This document shows positions 8,723 to 19,100 of a stretch of 32,000 bases of DNA, one piece after another; the first letter of the stretch is position 1, and each line of letters opens with the position of its first letter. Location: the NCBI RefSeq assembly GCF_000014785.1, contig NC_008340.1, positions 2,910,001-2,942,000 of the forward strand, in the 5' to 3' direction. Position numbers and translations under genes: made by a program. The stretch comes from Alkalilimnicola ehrlichii MLHE-1 (GTDB taxonomy: Bacteria > Pseudomonadota > Gammaproteobacteria > Nitrococcales > Halorhodospiraceae). The notes below the pieces were generated by a model. The model had not been told where the DNA came from. It did not search any database and saw nothing but the letters and a program-made list of their open reading frames with translations.

Positions 8723-10105
8723 GTGCCCTTTATCCCCCACACCGAGGCCGAGGTCCGCCGGATGCTGGAGGTCATCGGTGTCCGGCACCTGGACGCGCTG
8801 TTCGACGAGATCCCGGCGGCGCTGCGGGCTCCGCCGCCGCAGGGGGTGCCGGAGGGGCTACCGGAGATGGCGGTCCGGCGCATCGCCCGGCGGCGGGCGG
8901 CCCAGGACCGCCAACCGGTCTCTTTTCTCGGGGCCGGCTGCTACGAGCACCATATCCCCGCCGCCGTCTGGCAGATCGCCGCCCGCGGTGAGTTTTACAG
9001 CGCCTACACGCCCTACCAGGCCGAGGCCTCCCAGGGCACCCTGCAGGTCATCTACGAATTCCAGTCCATGCTCAGCGCCCTCACCGGCCTGGCGGTCAGC
9101 AACGCCTCGCTCTACGACGGCGCCACCGCCACCGCGGAGGCGGCGCTGATGGCCGTCCGCCAGCGCCGCCGTGACGCCGCGCATCGCGTGCTGGTGCCCC
9201 ACACCCTGCACCCGCTCTACCGCCGGGTGCTGAGCACCCTGCTGGCGCCCCAGGGCATCGAGCTGACGCTGCTGGACTACGACCCCGACCAGGGGCATCT
9301 GCCGGAGCACGCCCTGGAGGGGGTGAGCGGCGGCTTCGACGCCCTGCTGTTGCCGCAGCCCAATTTCCTCGGGGTGCTGGAGCCGGTGGACACCCTCACC
9401 CGCGCCGCCCAGGCCCGCGGTGCGCTGGTGATCGGGGTGGTCAACCCCATTGCCCTGGCCCGGCTGGCACCGCCCGGTGAGTGGGGCGAGGCCGGCGCCG
9501 ACATCGCCTGCGGCGAGGGGCAGCCCCTGGGCATCCCGATGAGTTCCGGTGGCCCCGGTTTCGGCTTTTTGACCTGCCGGCGCCCGCTTATGCGCCAGCT
9601 ACCGGGGCGGCTGGTGGGGCGGACCGTGGACCTGGACGGCAAGCCCGGCTACACCCTCACCCTGCAGGCGCGCGAGCAGCACATCCGCCGGGGCCGTGCC
9701 ACCTCCAACATCTGCACCAACCAGGGCCTGATGGCCACCGCCGCCACCCTCTACTTGGCCCTGCTGGGTCCCGACGGCCTGGAGCGGGTCGCCGACTGCT
9801 GCCTGGCCCGCACCCATGCCCTGGTGGAGGCCCTGACCGGCCTGCCGGGCGTGCAATCCGCGCTGCGCGGGCCACACTTTCATGAGGCCGTGCTGCGCCT
9901 GGACCGCCCGGTGGCCCCGGTGCTGCAGGCCCTGGAAGACCACGGCATCCTCGGCGGCCACGACCTGTCGGCGGACTATCCGGAACTGGGCAACGCCCTG
10001 CTGGTTTGCGCCACCGAGATGCGCGACGAGGTGGATATCGAGTACTACCGGGACAGCCTGGCCGCGGTGCTGAACACCCGGCCTGACCCCGTCCCCTCAC
10101 CATAA
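8723..10105 (+). CDS. gcvPA: Glycine dehydrogenase (decarboxylating) subunit 1 (P protein alpha)
   Basis: ORF 8369..10105 overlaps gcvH in another frame. It was trimmed to GTG 8723, giving (M)[18 protein letters not shown], the usual GcvPA N-terminus. Also FLGAG.Y.H.IPA.V......GEFY.AYTPYQ.E.SQG.LQ.I.E.Q, and GFG.L.....[33 protein letters not shown]. Confidence 0.92.
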   Translation: MPFIPHTEAEVRRMLEVIGVRHLDALFDEIPAALRAPPPQGVPEGLPEMAVRRIARRRAAQDRQPVSFLGAGCYEHHIPAAVWQIAARGEFYSAYTPYQAEASQGTLQVIYEFQSMLSALTGLAVSNASLYDGATATAEAALMAVRQRRRDAAHRVLVPHTLHPLYRRVLSTLLAPQGIELTLLDYDPDQGHLPEHALEGVSGGFDALLLPQPNFLGVLEPVDTLTRAAQARGALVIGVVNPIALARLAPPGEWGEAGADIACGEGQPLGIPMSSGGPGFGFLTCRRPLMRQLPGRLVGRTVDLDGKPGYTLTLQAREQHIRRGRATSNICTNQGLMATAATLYLALLGPDGLERVADCCLARTHALVEALTGLPGVQSALRGPHFHEAVLRLDRPVAPVLQALEDHGILGGHDLSADYPELGNALLVCATEMRDEVDIEYYRDSLAAVLNTRPDPVPSP

Positions 10106-10121
10106 GCGTAAGGAGAAGACC

Positions 10122-10622
<501 letters not shown>

Positions 10623-10701
10623 GGGCATCACGGTGGCGACGGGGCGCGCACCGCGTGCCCCCGTCCTTCGGCCGCCCCCCAACAGGCAGGAAACCGACCC
10701 G

Positions 10702-12168
10702 ATGCTGATCTTCGAACAGGCCCGCGAGGGCCGGCGCGCCGCCGCCCAGGCCCCTGAGCGTCCGACCCGGGTACCCGCACTGCCCGAGGCCTTCCGCCGG
10801 CGCAAGCGCCCCGCCCTGCCGGAGGTCTCGGAGCTACAGGCCGTGCGCCACTACACCCGGTTGTCGCAACTGAACTTCTCCATCGACACCCACTTTTACC
10901 CGCTCGGCTCCTGCACCATGAAGTACAACCCCCGCGGCTGCCACGCCGTGGCCAGCGAGCCGGGCTTTGCCGAGCGCCACCCGCTGGCCCCGTCCACCAC
11001 CGGCCAGGGGATGATGGCCTGCCTGCACGAATTGCAGGACTGGCTCACCGCGATCACCGGCATGGGTGATACCAGCCTGGCGGCCATGGCCGGCGCCCAG
11101 GGTGAGTTCTGCGGTGTAGCCATGATCATGGCCTGGCACGCCGGGCGCGGCGACCACCAGCGGAACGAGATCCTGGTGCCCGACGCCGCCCACGGCACCA
11201 ACCCGGCCACCGCCGCCCTCTGCGGCTGTACCGTACGCGAGATCCCCACGGGGCCGGACGGCGACGTGGACATGGGGGCCCTGCACGAGGCCTTGGGCCC
11301 GAGGACCGCCGGCATCATGCTCACCAATCCTTCCACGGTCGGCGTCTTTGAGCGGCGTATCCGCGAGATGGCGGACGCGGTGCACGCCGCCGGCGGGCTG
11401 CTCTATTACGACGGCGCCAACCTGAATGCCATCTTGGGCCGGGTCCGCCCCGGCGACATGGGCTTCGACGTCATGCACCTGAACCTGCACAAGACCTTCT
11501 CCACGCCCCACGGCGGCGGCGGGCCGGGGGCCGGGGCGGTCTGTGTCAGCGAGCGGCTGCGCCCCTACCTGCCGGTGCCGCAGGTGGCCCGCGAGCCGGA
11601 TGGCCGCTTCCGCTGGCTGCAGGAGGGCGACCGGCCGCACACCATCGGCCGGCTGTCCGCCTTCGGCGGCAACATCGGGGTGCTGCTGCGGGCCTGGGCC
11701 TACACCCGCATGCTGGGCCGTGAGGGCCTGCCCCGGGTGGCCGATTACGCCACCCTGAACGCCAACTACCTGATGGCGCGGCTGCAGGCGGAGGGGTTTC
11801 AGGTGGCCTACCCGGAGCGGCGCGCCAGCCACGAGTTCGTGCTCACGCTGAAATCGGAGGCCCGGGAGCTCGGGGTCACCGCCCTGGACTTCAGCAAGGC
11901 GCTGCTTGATCACGGCATCCACGCCCCTACCATGTACTTCCCGATGCTCATCCCCGAGTGCCTGCTGATCGAGCCCACCGAGACCGAGAGCTTGGCGGAG
12001 CTGGATGCCTTCGTGGCCGCCATGGTGGCCATCCGCGAGGCGGCCCGGCGTGACCCCGAGCAGGTGCGCGGGGCCCCCTATCGGCTGCCTGTGCGCCGGC
12101 TGGATGAGGTGCGCGCCGCCCGTCAGCCCGACCTGGCGTGGCGGCCGGAAGCGGCCCCTGACCCCTGA
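10702..12168 (+). CDS. gcvPB: Glycine dehydrogenase (decarboxylating) subunit 2 (P protein beta, PLP-binding)
   Basis: ORF 10534..12168 trimmed to ATG 10702 ([12 protein letters not shown]). [16 protein letters not shown]......[56 protein letters not shown] with the PLP-lysine in NLHKTF, and PTMYFP. Confidence 0.92.
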   Translation: MLIFEQAREGRRAAAQAPERPTRVPALPEAFRRRKRPALPEVSELQAVRHYTRLSQLNFSIDTHFYPLGSCTMKYNPRGCHAVASEPGFAERHPLAPSTTGQGMMACLHELQDWLTAITGMGDTSLAAMAGAQGEFCGVAMIMAWHAGRGDHQRNEILVPDAAHGTNPATAALCGCTVREIPTGPDGDVDMGALHEALGPRTAGIMLTNPSTVGVFERRIREMADAVHAAGGLLYYDGANLNAILGRVRPGDMGFDVMHLNLHKTFSTPHGGGGPGAGAVCVSERLRPYLPVPQVAREPDGRFRWLQEGDRPHTIGRLSAFGGNIGVLLRAWAYTRMLGREGLPRVADYATLNANYLMARLQAEGFQVAYPERRASHEFVLTLKSEARELGVTALDFSKALLDHGIHAPTMYFPMLIPECLLIEPTETESLAELDAFVAAMVAIREAARRDPEQVRGAPYRLPVRRLDEVRAARQPDLAWRPEAAPDP

Positions 12169-12194
12169 GGGGCCGGCACCCCGGTTATTGCCAA

Positions 12195-12222
12195 TTGCTA
12201 TACAAAAGCGACTATTTATTAT
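12195..12222 (+). promoter_or_regulatory. Candidate sigma-70 promoter inside an AT-rich islet (TTGCTA-16 nt-TATTAT)
   Basis: 12185..12228 (ttattgccaattgctatacaaaagcgactatttattatttttag) is by far the most AT-rich stretch in this part of the window. The -35-like TTGCTA is at 12195..12200 and the -10-like TATTAT at 12217..12222, about 85 nt upstream of the small ORF at 12308. Pattern match only. Confidence 0.3.
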
Positions 12223-12307
12223 TTTTAGACCTCCCCACGCCGGTCCATCATAACGATGAGCAGACCACCCGGGTCTGACAGCGATATATCCACGGGAGGA
12301 AGCCACC

Positions 12308-12508
12308 ATGGCCGTGCAAGCAAGGGCGATCGGTACCGATATCCAGGCGCTCGAGCGCCGGATCCACCAGCATGAACGGGCGCTGACCACCCTGCGCCTG
12401 ACCCTGGCACAGGCACAGCGCCAGGACGCCGGGAACGATGACCGCCGGCCGGCCCGCCCGCAGGCGGCCGGGGGCGATTACTACGTCCTGCCGGTAGGGG
12501 TCGGTTGA
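12308..12508 (+). CDS. Small hypothetical protein (66 aa) with a predicted coiled-coil N-terminal half
   Basis: Strong SD (GGGAGGAAG, 8 nt before the ATG). Third-codon positions are mostly G/C, like the bona fide genes. Sequence: MAVQARAIGTDIQALERRIHQHERALTTLRLTLAQAQRQDAGNDD... No family recognised. The 3' end overlaps the convergent EamA gene by 28 nt. Confidence 0.35.
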   Translation: MAVQARAIGTDIQALERRIHQHERALTTLRLTLAQAQRQDAGNDDRRPARPQAAGGDYYVLPVGVG

Positions 12509-13368
12509 TGCGGCAGCCGGCGCAGCGCCAGCACGCTGTGCACGGCCAGGGTCGTTAACAGCAGGCCGCCAGCCACCAGGGTCTGGGGCGAGGGCGACTC
12601 GCCCAGCCAGGCCGCCACCCAGACCGGCGCCAGCACCATCTCCACCAGCATGAACAGGCTCACCTCCGGCGACGTGATATAGCGCGTCGCCGTGGCGAGC
12701 AGCCCCAGGGCCAGCGGCATCTGCACCAGGCCCATCAGGGCCAGCACGGCGTAGCTCTCGGCCGCCAGCCCCCAGGGGGCGGCGGAGGTCCAGGCCAGCA
12801 GGGCGGTGACCGCGCCCCCCAGCGAGACGGTGGGCAGCCGCGGCACCTGGGGAAAGCGGCGCAGCAGCGTGAAGTTGCCGCCCAGTACGATTGCCGCCCC
12901 CAGGGCGAAGGCGTCGCCCAACAGGCCGTCGCCGTCCAGCGAACCGGCGAACACCGTCCCCACCGCGATCACCGCCACCACCATGGCCACCCAGGTGTGC
13001 GCCGCCACCCCCTCGCGCAGAAACAGCCGGGTACAGGCGGCAGCGAACAGCGGCGCGATACTCAGGATCACCACCACGTTGGCCACCGCAGTGTGCATCA
13101 CCGCCAGCACGAAGAGCAGGCCATTCAACCCGAACATCAGGCTGGCGCCCAGCAATGGCCCCAGCGGGGCGCGGACCGCCCGTTGCCAGCCCCCCAGCCA
13201 GCCCGCCACCACCGCCAGCGACAAGGCGATGAACACCCCGCGCCAGACCGCCACCTCCCAGGGCCCGACACCGGCCAGGCGCACCAGCAGGGCGTCGAAA
13301 CTCAGCGCCAGCACCCCCGCGCCGGCAATCAGCATCCCCAGCGCCTGTCGTGACAGCCCGTCGCCCAT
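12481..13368 (-). CDS. EamA/DMT-family (drug/metabolite) transporter, about 10 TM helices
   Basis: 295-aa highly hydrophobic protein with two EamA-like halves (AGAGVLALSFDALLVRL... and GDAFALGAAIVLGGNFTLLRR...). Preferred over the overlapping 381-aa frame (12248..13393), which is Gly/Arg/Ala low-complexity. Confidence 0.8.
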   Translation of the reverse strand: MGDGLSRQALGMLIAGAGVLALSFDALLVRLAGVGPWEVAVWRGVFIALSLAVVAGWLGGWQRAVRAPLGPLLGASLMFGLNGLLFVLAVMHTAVANVVVILSIAPLFAAACTRLFLREGVAAHTWVAMVVAVIAVGTVFAGSLDGDGLLGDAFALGAAIVLGGNFTLLRRFPQVPRLPTVSLGGAVTALLAWTSAAPWGLAAESYAVLALMGLVQMPLALGLLATATRYITSPEVSLFMLVEMVLAPVWVAAWLGESPSPQTLVAGGLLLTTLAVHSVLALRRLPHQPTPTGRT

Positions 13369-13478
13369 TTCGGCGGCCCCCTGCGTTCGTCAACCGGTGA
13401 TGCGCCCGCCGCGACGTGGCCGGGCTGCGACCGGATCAGTATGATGCGGGGATCAACCCGCAGCGAAAGCGAAGGACC

Positions 13479-14585
13479 ATGATACTGCCCCTGATCCCAC
13501 TGAGCATGGCCACAACACCCCCCACCGACGCCGCCGACGCCGGCCGCCACGCCTGGGAGCGCGGCGACCCCGCGGAGGCGGCCCGTCTCTGGCGCCCCGC
13601 GGCGGAACAGGGCGACCCCGATGCCCAGGTGGGCCTGGGGCTGTTGCTGGCCCACGGCGAGGGGCTGGAGCAGGACCTGGCCGCCGCCCGCCGCTGGTGG
13701 GAGCAGGCCGCCGAGAAGGACCACGCGGATGCCTGGTTCAACCTCGGCCAGATCACCGAATACGGCCTGGACGGGACCCCGGACCCGGCCCAGGCGGCGG
13801 CACTCTACCGCCGGGCCGCCGACCAGGGCCACCCCCAGGGCCTGCACGCCCTGGCCGCCCTACTGTTCCAGGGCCAGGGCGTGCCGGAGGACCCGGCCCA
13901 GGCGGTGGCCCTGTGGCGCCGGGCCGCCGAGGCCGGCCTGCCCGATGCGGAGAACAGCCTGGGGGTGGCCCACCAGATGGGCCGCGGCGTCGAGGAGGAC
14001 TTCAGCGCCGCCGTGCGCCACTACCGCCGGGCCGCCGAACAGGGCCACCCGCAGGCCGCCGCCAATCTGGCCGGCCTGCTGGCCATGGGCCTGGGTGTGG
14101 CCCAGGACCCGACCGAGGCGGCGCGGTGGTGGCGCCTGGCGGCCGAGGCCGGCGACCCGGACGCCCAGGTCCAACTCGGCAACTGTTATCGCGACGGTCG
14201 CGGTGTGGCCCAGGACGACCAGGCGGCCGTGGACTGGTACTGGCGCGCCGCCCGTCAGGGCCATCCGGAGGGGCAGACCAACGTGGGCGTCATGCACGAT
14301 CAGGGCCGCGGGGTGTTCAAGGACCCGGCCAAGGCCGTCAAGTGGTACCGGCTCGCCGCCGAGCAGGGCTTCCCGCCGGCGCAGTACAACCTGGCCATCA
14401 TGTACTCCGAGGGACACGGGGTGGAGGAGGACAAGATCGAAGCCTGGTGCTGGTTCAGCCTGGCCGACCGCCAGGGCTACGCCCCCGCCCGCGATGCCGT
14501 GACCTGGCTCGACGAGGTCATGGACCCCATCAGCCGCGCCCGCGCCGAGGAACGTCTGCGAGTGCTGGCGGGTCAATCAGGGTAG
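13479..14585 (+). CDS. Sel1-repeat (SLR/TPR-like) protein with about 8-9 tandem repeats of roughly 36 aa
   Basis: ORF 13416..14585 trimmed to ATG 13479, which is preceded by GAAGGA. Repeated units of the form A..W.R.AAEQG...AQ..LG..Y..G.GV..D...A..WY. Examples: AARWWEQAAEKDHADAWFNLG, AVRHYRRAAEQGHPQAAANLA, AVKWYRLAAEQGFPPAQYNLAIMYSEGHGVEED. The short hydrophobic N-terminus (MILPLIPLSMA) may be an export signal. Confidence 0.8.
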   Translation: MILPLIPLSMATTPPTDAADAGRHAWERGDPAEAARLWRPAAEQGDPDAQVGLGLLLAHGEGLEQDLAAARRWWEQAAEKDHADAWFNLGQITEYGLDGTPDPAQAAALYRRAADQGHPQGLHALAALLFQGQGVPEDPAQAVALWRRAAEAGLPDAENSLGVAHQMGRGVEEDFSAAVRHYRRAAEQGHPQAAANLAGLLAMGLGVAQDPTEAARWWRLAAEAGDPDAQVQLGNCYRDGRGVAQDDQAAVDWYWRAARQGHPEGQTNVGVMHDQGRGVFKDPAKAVKWYRLAAEQGFPPAQYNLAIMYSEGHGVEEDKIEAWCWFSLADRQGYAPARDAVTWLDEVMDPISRARAEERLRVLAGQSG

Positions 14586-14639
14586 GCCCCCGGCACCGAT
14601 ACGGCGCCGCCATCCCGACAGCTAAGGAGCACACCGGCC

Positions 14640-16031
14640 ATGAACGCCTGGTCCAGCACCCTGCTTGCCACCCTGCTCGCCACCGGCCCCGCGCTGACCG
14701 CCGCCGCCCCCCCGGCGCAGGAGAGCGGCGCCGACGACCGCGAAGCCCTCTCGATCACCGTCTACCAACGCGACCTGGCCCTGGTCCGCGAGCAACGGCG
14801 GCTGGAGCTGCCGGAGGACGGCGCCCGCGTCCAGTTCACCGGTCTGCCCGGGGCCCTGGACCCGGGCAGCCTGCACCTGCGCAGCGAGACACCGTTGCGG
14901 GCCAGCGGCCTGGACTGGACCACCGGTGAGCTGGACATCGACCGGCTGCTCACCGCCCGCCGCGGTCACACCCTGACGCTGGTGCATGATGCGAGCGGTC
15001 GCCGGATCACCGGCCGACTGCTGCACAGCGACGACCGGCGGGTGCTACTGGAGACCGACCACGGCGCCGAGACGGTACCCCTGAACGATGCCTGGCGGAT
15101 CCGTTTCGGCAGCCTGCCCGCCCACCTGCAGCCGCTGCCCGCCCTCACCCTCGACCTGACGCCGGACGAGGGCGGCGAGCAGCCGGTCGAACTGGCCTAT
15201 CTCACCGGCGGGCTCTCCTGGTCCGCCCGCCACACCGCCACCCTGGATGAGACGGGCGAAGCGCTCCGCCTGGAGTCCCTGGCCGCCATCGACAACCGCA
15301 GCGGCGGCGACTGGCCCCAGGCCCGGCTGCAGCTGCTGGCCGGCGACACCCACGGCGATGACCGCCCGGTGCAGCCCATGGCGCTGCGCAGCCAGGCCGC
15401 CGAGGCCGCTGCGCCGGAGCGGGAGGCCCTGGCCGGCTACCACCTCTATACCCTGCCAGACCCACTCACCCTGCGTGATGGCGAGACCCGACTGGCCACC
15501 CTGGCGGCATCGCGCACTGTGCCGGTGGAGCGCCAGTGGGTGAGCCGGGGACAGGCCGGGCGACAACTGGCGGAACGGCAGCCACAGGGCGTGACCGGCC
15601 GACTGGTCTTCGACAACGGCGACCCCACATCGGGGACGCCGATGCCGGCGGGCCCGGTCCAGGTCTACGGCCCCGACCGCCATGGGGAATTGCAGTACCT
15701 GGGTGAACAGCGCATCGGCCATACGCCGGCCGGACAGACCGTGCGGCTCGATATCGGCCGCAGTTTTGACGTCACCGCGGAACGTACCCCGGTGAGCTGG
15801 CGCCGGCTGGACGAGCGCGGCGGCTTCGAGGCCGAGTGGCACCTCAGGGTGGACAACGCCGGCGAGCAGGCCGTGACGGTGCAGCTGGAGGAAGAGCTGA
15901 ACGGCGACTGGCAGATCCTGGAGGAGAGCGAGGCGCACGAGCGGGTCTCGGCCCGGCTGGCGCGCTGGGCGTTGCAGGTACCCGCGGAGGGCCGGACGGA
16001 GCTGCGCTACCGGGTGGAAGTCCGCCGTTAG
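14640..16031 (+). CDS. Exported DUF4140/DUF4139-like protein (mucoidy-inhibitor MuiA-like family)
   Basis: Signal peptide MNAWSSTLLATLLATGPALTAAAP. The N-terminal block LSITVYQRDLALVREQRRLELPEDGARVQFTGLPGALDPGSLHLRS resembles DUF4140. The central and C-terminal blocks (YLTGGLSWSARHTATL, YHLYTLPDPLTLRDGETRLATL, ELRYRVEVR) resemble DUF4139. The family call is from memory of the domain pattern, not a search. Confidence 0.65.
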   Translation: MNAWSSTLLATLLATGPALTAAAPPAQESGADDREALSITVYQRDLALVREQRRLELPEDGARVQFTGLPGALDPGSLHLRSETPLRASGLDWTTGELDIDRLLTARRGHTLTLVHDASGRRITGRLLHSDDRRVLLETDHGAETVPLNDAWRIRFGSLPAHLQPLPALTLDLTPDEGGEQPVELAYLTGGLSWSARHTATLDETGEALRLESLAAIDNRSGGDWPQARLQLLAGDTHGDDRPVQPMALRSQAAEAAAPEREALAGYHLYTLPDPLTLRDGETRLATLAASRTVPVERQWVSRGQAGRQLAERQPQGVTGRLVFDNGDPTSGTPMPAGPVQVYGPDRHGELQYLGEQRIGHTPAGQTVRLDIGRSFDVTAERTPVSWRRLDERGGFEAEWHLRVDNAGEQAVTVQLEEELNGDWQILEESEAHERVSARLARWALQVPAEGRTELRYRVEVRR

Positions 16032-16109
16032 CCGCGTTAACCTGCGGTGTTCTGCCGCAGGGGCGCCCTGCCGGTGTCCCGGCCCCTCCACAGCACACCG
16101 CGGGTAGCC

Positions 16110-19100
16110 ATGAACAGTCTTGACCAACACCTGGAAAGCGCCGGCCTCACCTTCGCCCGACTCCAGACCCCGGCGGGTCTGGCCGAGCTGGACCGCCGAT
16201 TCCTGGACTGGCTGCGCGAGCGCGACGGCGAGCTGTGCGAACGGCTGCTCGCCCACCGTGACCGGCAGCCGGCCACCACCCCCGACTACAGCCGGCTGCT
16301 GCTGGCCGTGGCGCCCCACCTGGAGCAGTGGCTGGCGGGGCTGTTCGGCATCACCGAGGCGCTGACCCGCCGCCGGGCCACGCTCGTCGCCGACGATGTG
16401 ATCATCGACTTCCGCCGCGAGTTCGTGCAGAAACGCGCACGCAGGGCCCGTCCGGAGGCTGACTTCACCACCCTCGACGAGGCGCTCCGCGAGGCCCTCC
16501 GCCAGGCCCGCCTGCCCACCGAGCAGGACGAGGAACTGGCGGTGGCCCGCTACGGCCTCAACCTGCTGGGTGACGAGGCAGGCCACGCCGAGGCCATCCG
16601 TGGCCTCGCCGAGTGGTGCGCCCGCGCCCTGGAGACCCCGGAGGGGCGTGCGCGGGTGGCCGGCTGGACCGCCTTCCGCCTGCCGCGCAAGGTGGACCAC
16701 GCCCGCCTGGTGCCGCTGCGCCGGGCCGACCTGCCCGGTGCCGCCCGGCTGGCGGCCGCCACAGAACACCACCGCAGCCGCGACGGTTTCAGCCTCACCG
16801 ACCCGCGCATGTCCGCCCGCGATGTGCACGCCGAGACGCACTACTGCGTGCTCTGCCACGAGCACGCCGGCGACTTCTGCTCCCGCGGTTTCCCGGAGAA
16901 GAAGAAGCAACCGGAACTGGGCTACCGGGTGGACCCGCTGGGCAACACCCTCACCGGCTGCCCGCTGGAGGAGAAGATCAGCGAGATGCACGCCCTGCGC
17001 CGGGAGGGGCGAGTGATCGCCGCCCTGGCCATGATCATGGTGGACAACCCCATGGTCCCGGCCACCGGCCACCGGATCTGCAACGACTGCATGAAGGCAT
17101 GCATCTACCAGAAGCAGGATCCGGTGAACATCCCCCAGGCCGAGACCGGGGTGCTCACCGAGGTGCTGGACCTGCCCTGGGGGGTCGAACTCTACCACCT
17201 GCTGGCCCGCTGGAACCCGCTGCGTCCCCAGCAGTACCTGGAGCAGCCCCACAACGGCCGCCGGGTGCTGGTGGCCGGGATGGGCCCGGCCGGTTTCACC
17301 ATGGCCCACCACCTCACCATGGCCGGCTGCAAGGTGGTCGGCATCGATGGGCTCAAGGTCGAGCCCCTGCCCGAGGACATCCTCCGCGGCCCGGTGCGCG
17401 ACTGGGACCAGTTGGCCGAGGACCTGGACGAGCGCACCCTGCTCGGCTTCGGCGGGGTGGCCGAGTACGGCATCACGGTGCGCTGGGACAAGAACTTCCT
17501 CAAGCTCATCTACCTCACCCTGGCCCGGCGCCAGACCTTCAGCGTCCACGGCGGCGTGCGCCTGGGCGGCACCCTCACCCTGGAGGACGCCTGGGAACAG
17601 GGCTTTGACCACGTCTGCGTCGCCACCGGCGCCGGCTACCCGCGGGTCATCCCCATGGGCAACTCGCTCGCCCGCGGCATGCGCCAGGCCAACGACTTCC
17701 TGATGGCCCTGCAACTCACCGGCGCCGGCAAGATGAGCTCCATCGCCAACCTCCAGGTACGCCTGCCGGCGGTGGTCATCGGTGGCGGGCTCACCGGCGT
17801 GGACACCGCCACCGAGGTGCAGGCCTACTACATCCGCCAAGTGGAAAAGGTGCTCTGGCGCTACGAGACCCTGGTGGCCGAACGCGGCGAGGCGCGCGTG
17901 CGCGACCGGTTGAACGACGAGGATCAGGCCATCCTGGATGAGTTCCTGGCCCACGGCCGAGCGGCCCGCGATGAGCGCGCGAAGGCCGCCGCCGAGGGCC
18001 GGGAACCCGACTTTATCCCGCTGATCCAGAAGTGGGGCGGGGTGACCATCGCCTACCGCAAGGGCATGAACGCCTCGCCCGCCTACACCCGCAACCACGA
18101 GGAGTTGCGGGCGGCCACCGAGGAGGGGCTCTACTACGCCGAGGGCCTGGACCCCATCCACGCCCGGCTGGACGAGCACCACCACATCCGCAGCCTGGTT
18201 TGCCGACAGATGAAGCACGATGCCGGCCGCTGGTTCACTACCAGCCACGAGGTGGAACTGCCCGCCCGCTCGGTCTTCGTGGCCGCCGGCACCGTACCCA
18301 ACACCATCTACGAACACGAGCACCCGGGCAGCCTGGAGCTGGAGGGCAACCACTACCGGCCCCACGCCTTTCACAACGAGGGCCTGCAACCGGTGCAGAC
18401 CGCCGAGCACGTCAAGTCGCCGGAGGCGGGTCCCTTCACCGGCTACCGCCATCAGGGGCGCACGGTCACCTTCCTGGGCGACACCCACCCGGTCTACCAG
18501 GGCAGCGTGGTGAGGGCCATCGCCTCGGCCCACGACAGCTGGCCGGAGGTGATGAAGGCCCTGGACAGCCTGCCGGCTCGGGTGCCCAACCCGGACCCCC
18601 ACGCCTTCCAGCGCCGTGTCGCCGACCTGCTGAGCGCGGAGGTGGTCTCGGTGAACCGGGACAACCCGGCGGTCACCGAGATCTGGGTGCGCGCCCCGGC
18701 TGCCGCCCGGCGTTTCCGCCCCGGGCAATTCTTCCGGCTGCAGACCTACGAGAGCCACTCCCCGCTGGTGGCCGGCACCCGGCTCCAGGTCCCGCTGCTC
18801 ACCGTCTCGGGCACCGGCATCGACGGCGACTGCATCCGCCTGATGGTCTTCCAGTGGGGGGCCGGCCCGCGCATCGCCGGCCGGCTCCGGCCCGGTGACC
18901 CGGTGGTACTGATGGGCCCCACCGGTGCCCCCACCGATATCCCCAGCGGCGAGACGGTGCTGGTGGTGGCCGGGCGCTGGGGCGCGGCGGTGATGCACGA
19001 CATCGGCTCAGCCCTGCGCGCCGCCGGCAACCGGGTGCTCTACCTGGCCGCCTTCGGCTCGCCCCGCGATGTGGACCACCAGGGGGAGCTGGAGGCCGGT

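Noticed and set aside
12168-12184. Possible terminator after gcvPB (GGGG-ccggca-CCCC)
   Set aside because: It has only a 4-bp stem and no convincing U-tract, which is too weak to call.
13600-14450. About 108-bp periodicity at the DNA level
   Set aside because: It is explained by the 36-aa Sel1 repeats of a single coding sequence. The copies are diverged, so this is not a mobile or non-coding repeat.
15045-18998. A 1317-codon open frame on the minus strand, the longest ORF in the track
   Set aside because: It is exactly antisense to the well-supported Fe-S flavoprotein and DUF4139 genes. Its translation is Gly/Ala/Arg/Pro/His low-complexity with no recognisable motif. Stop-free antisense frames are expected opposite GC3-rich genes.
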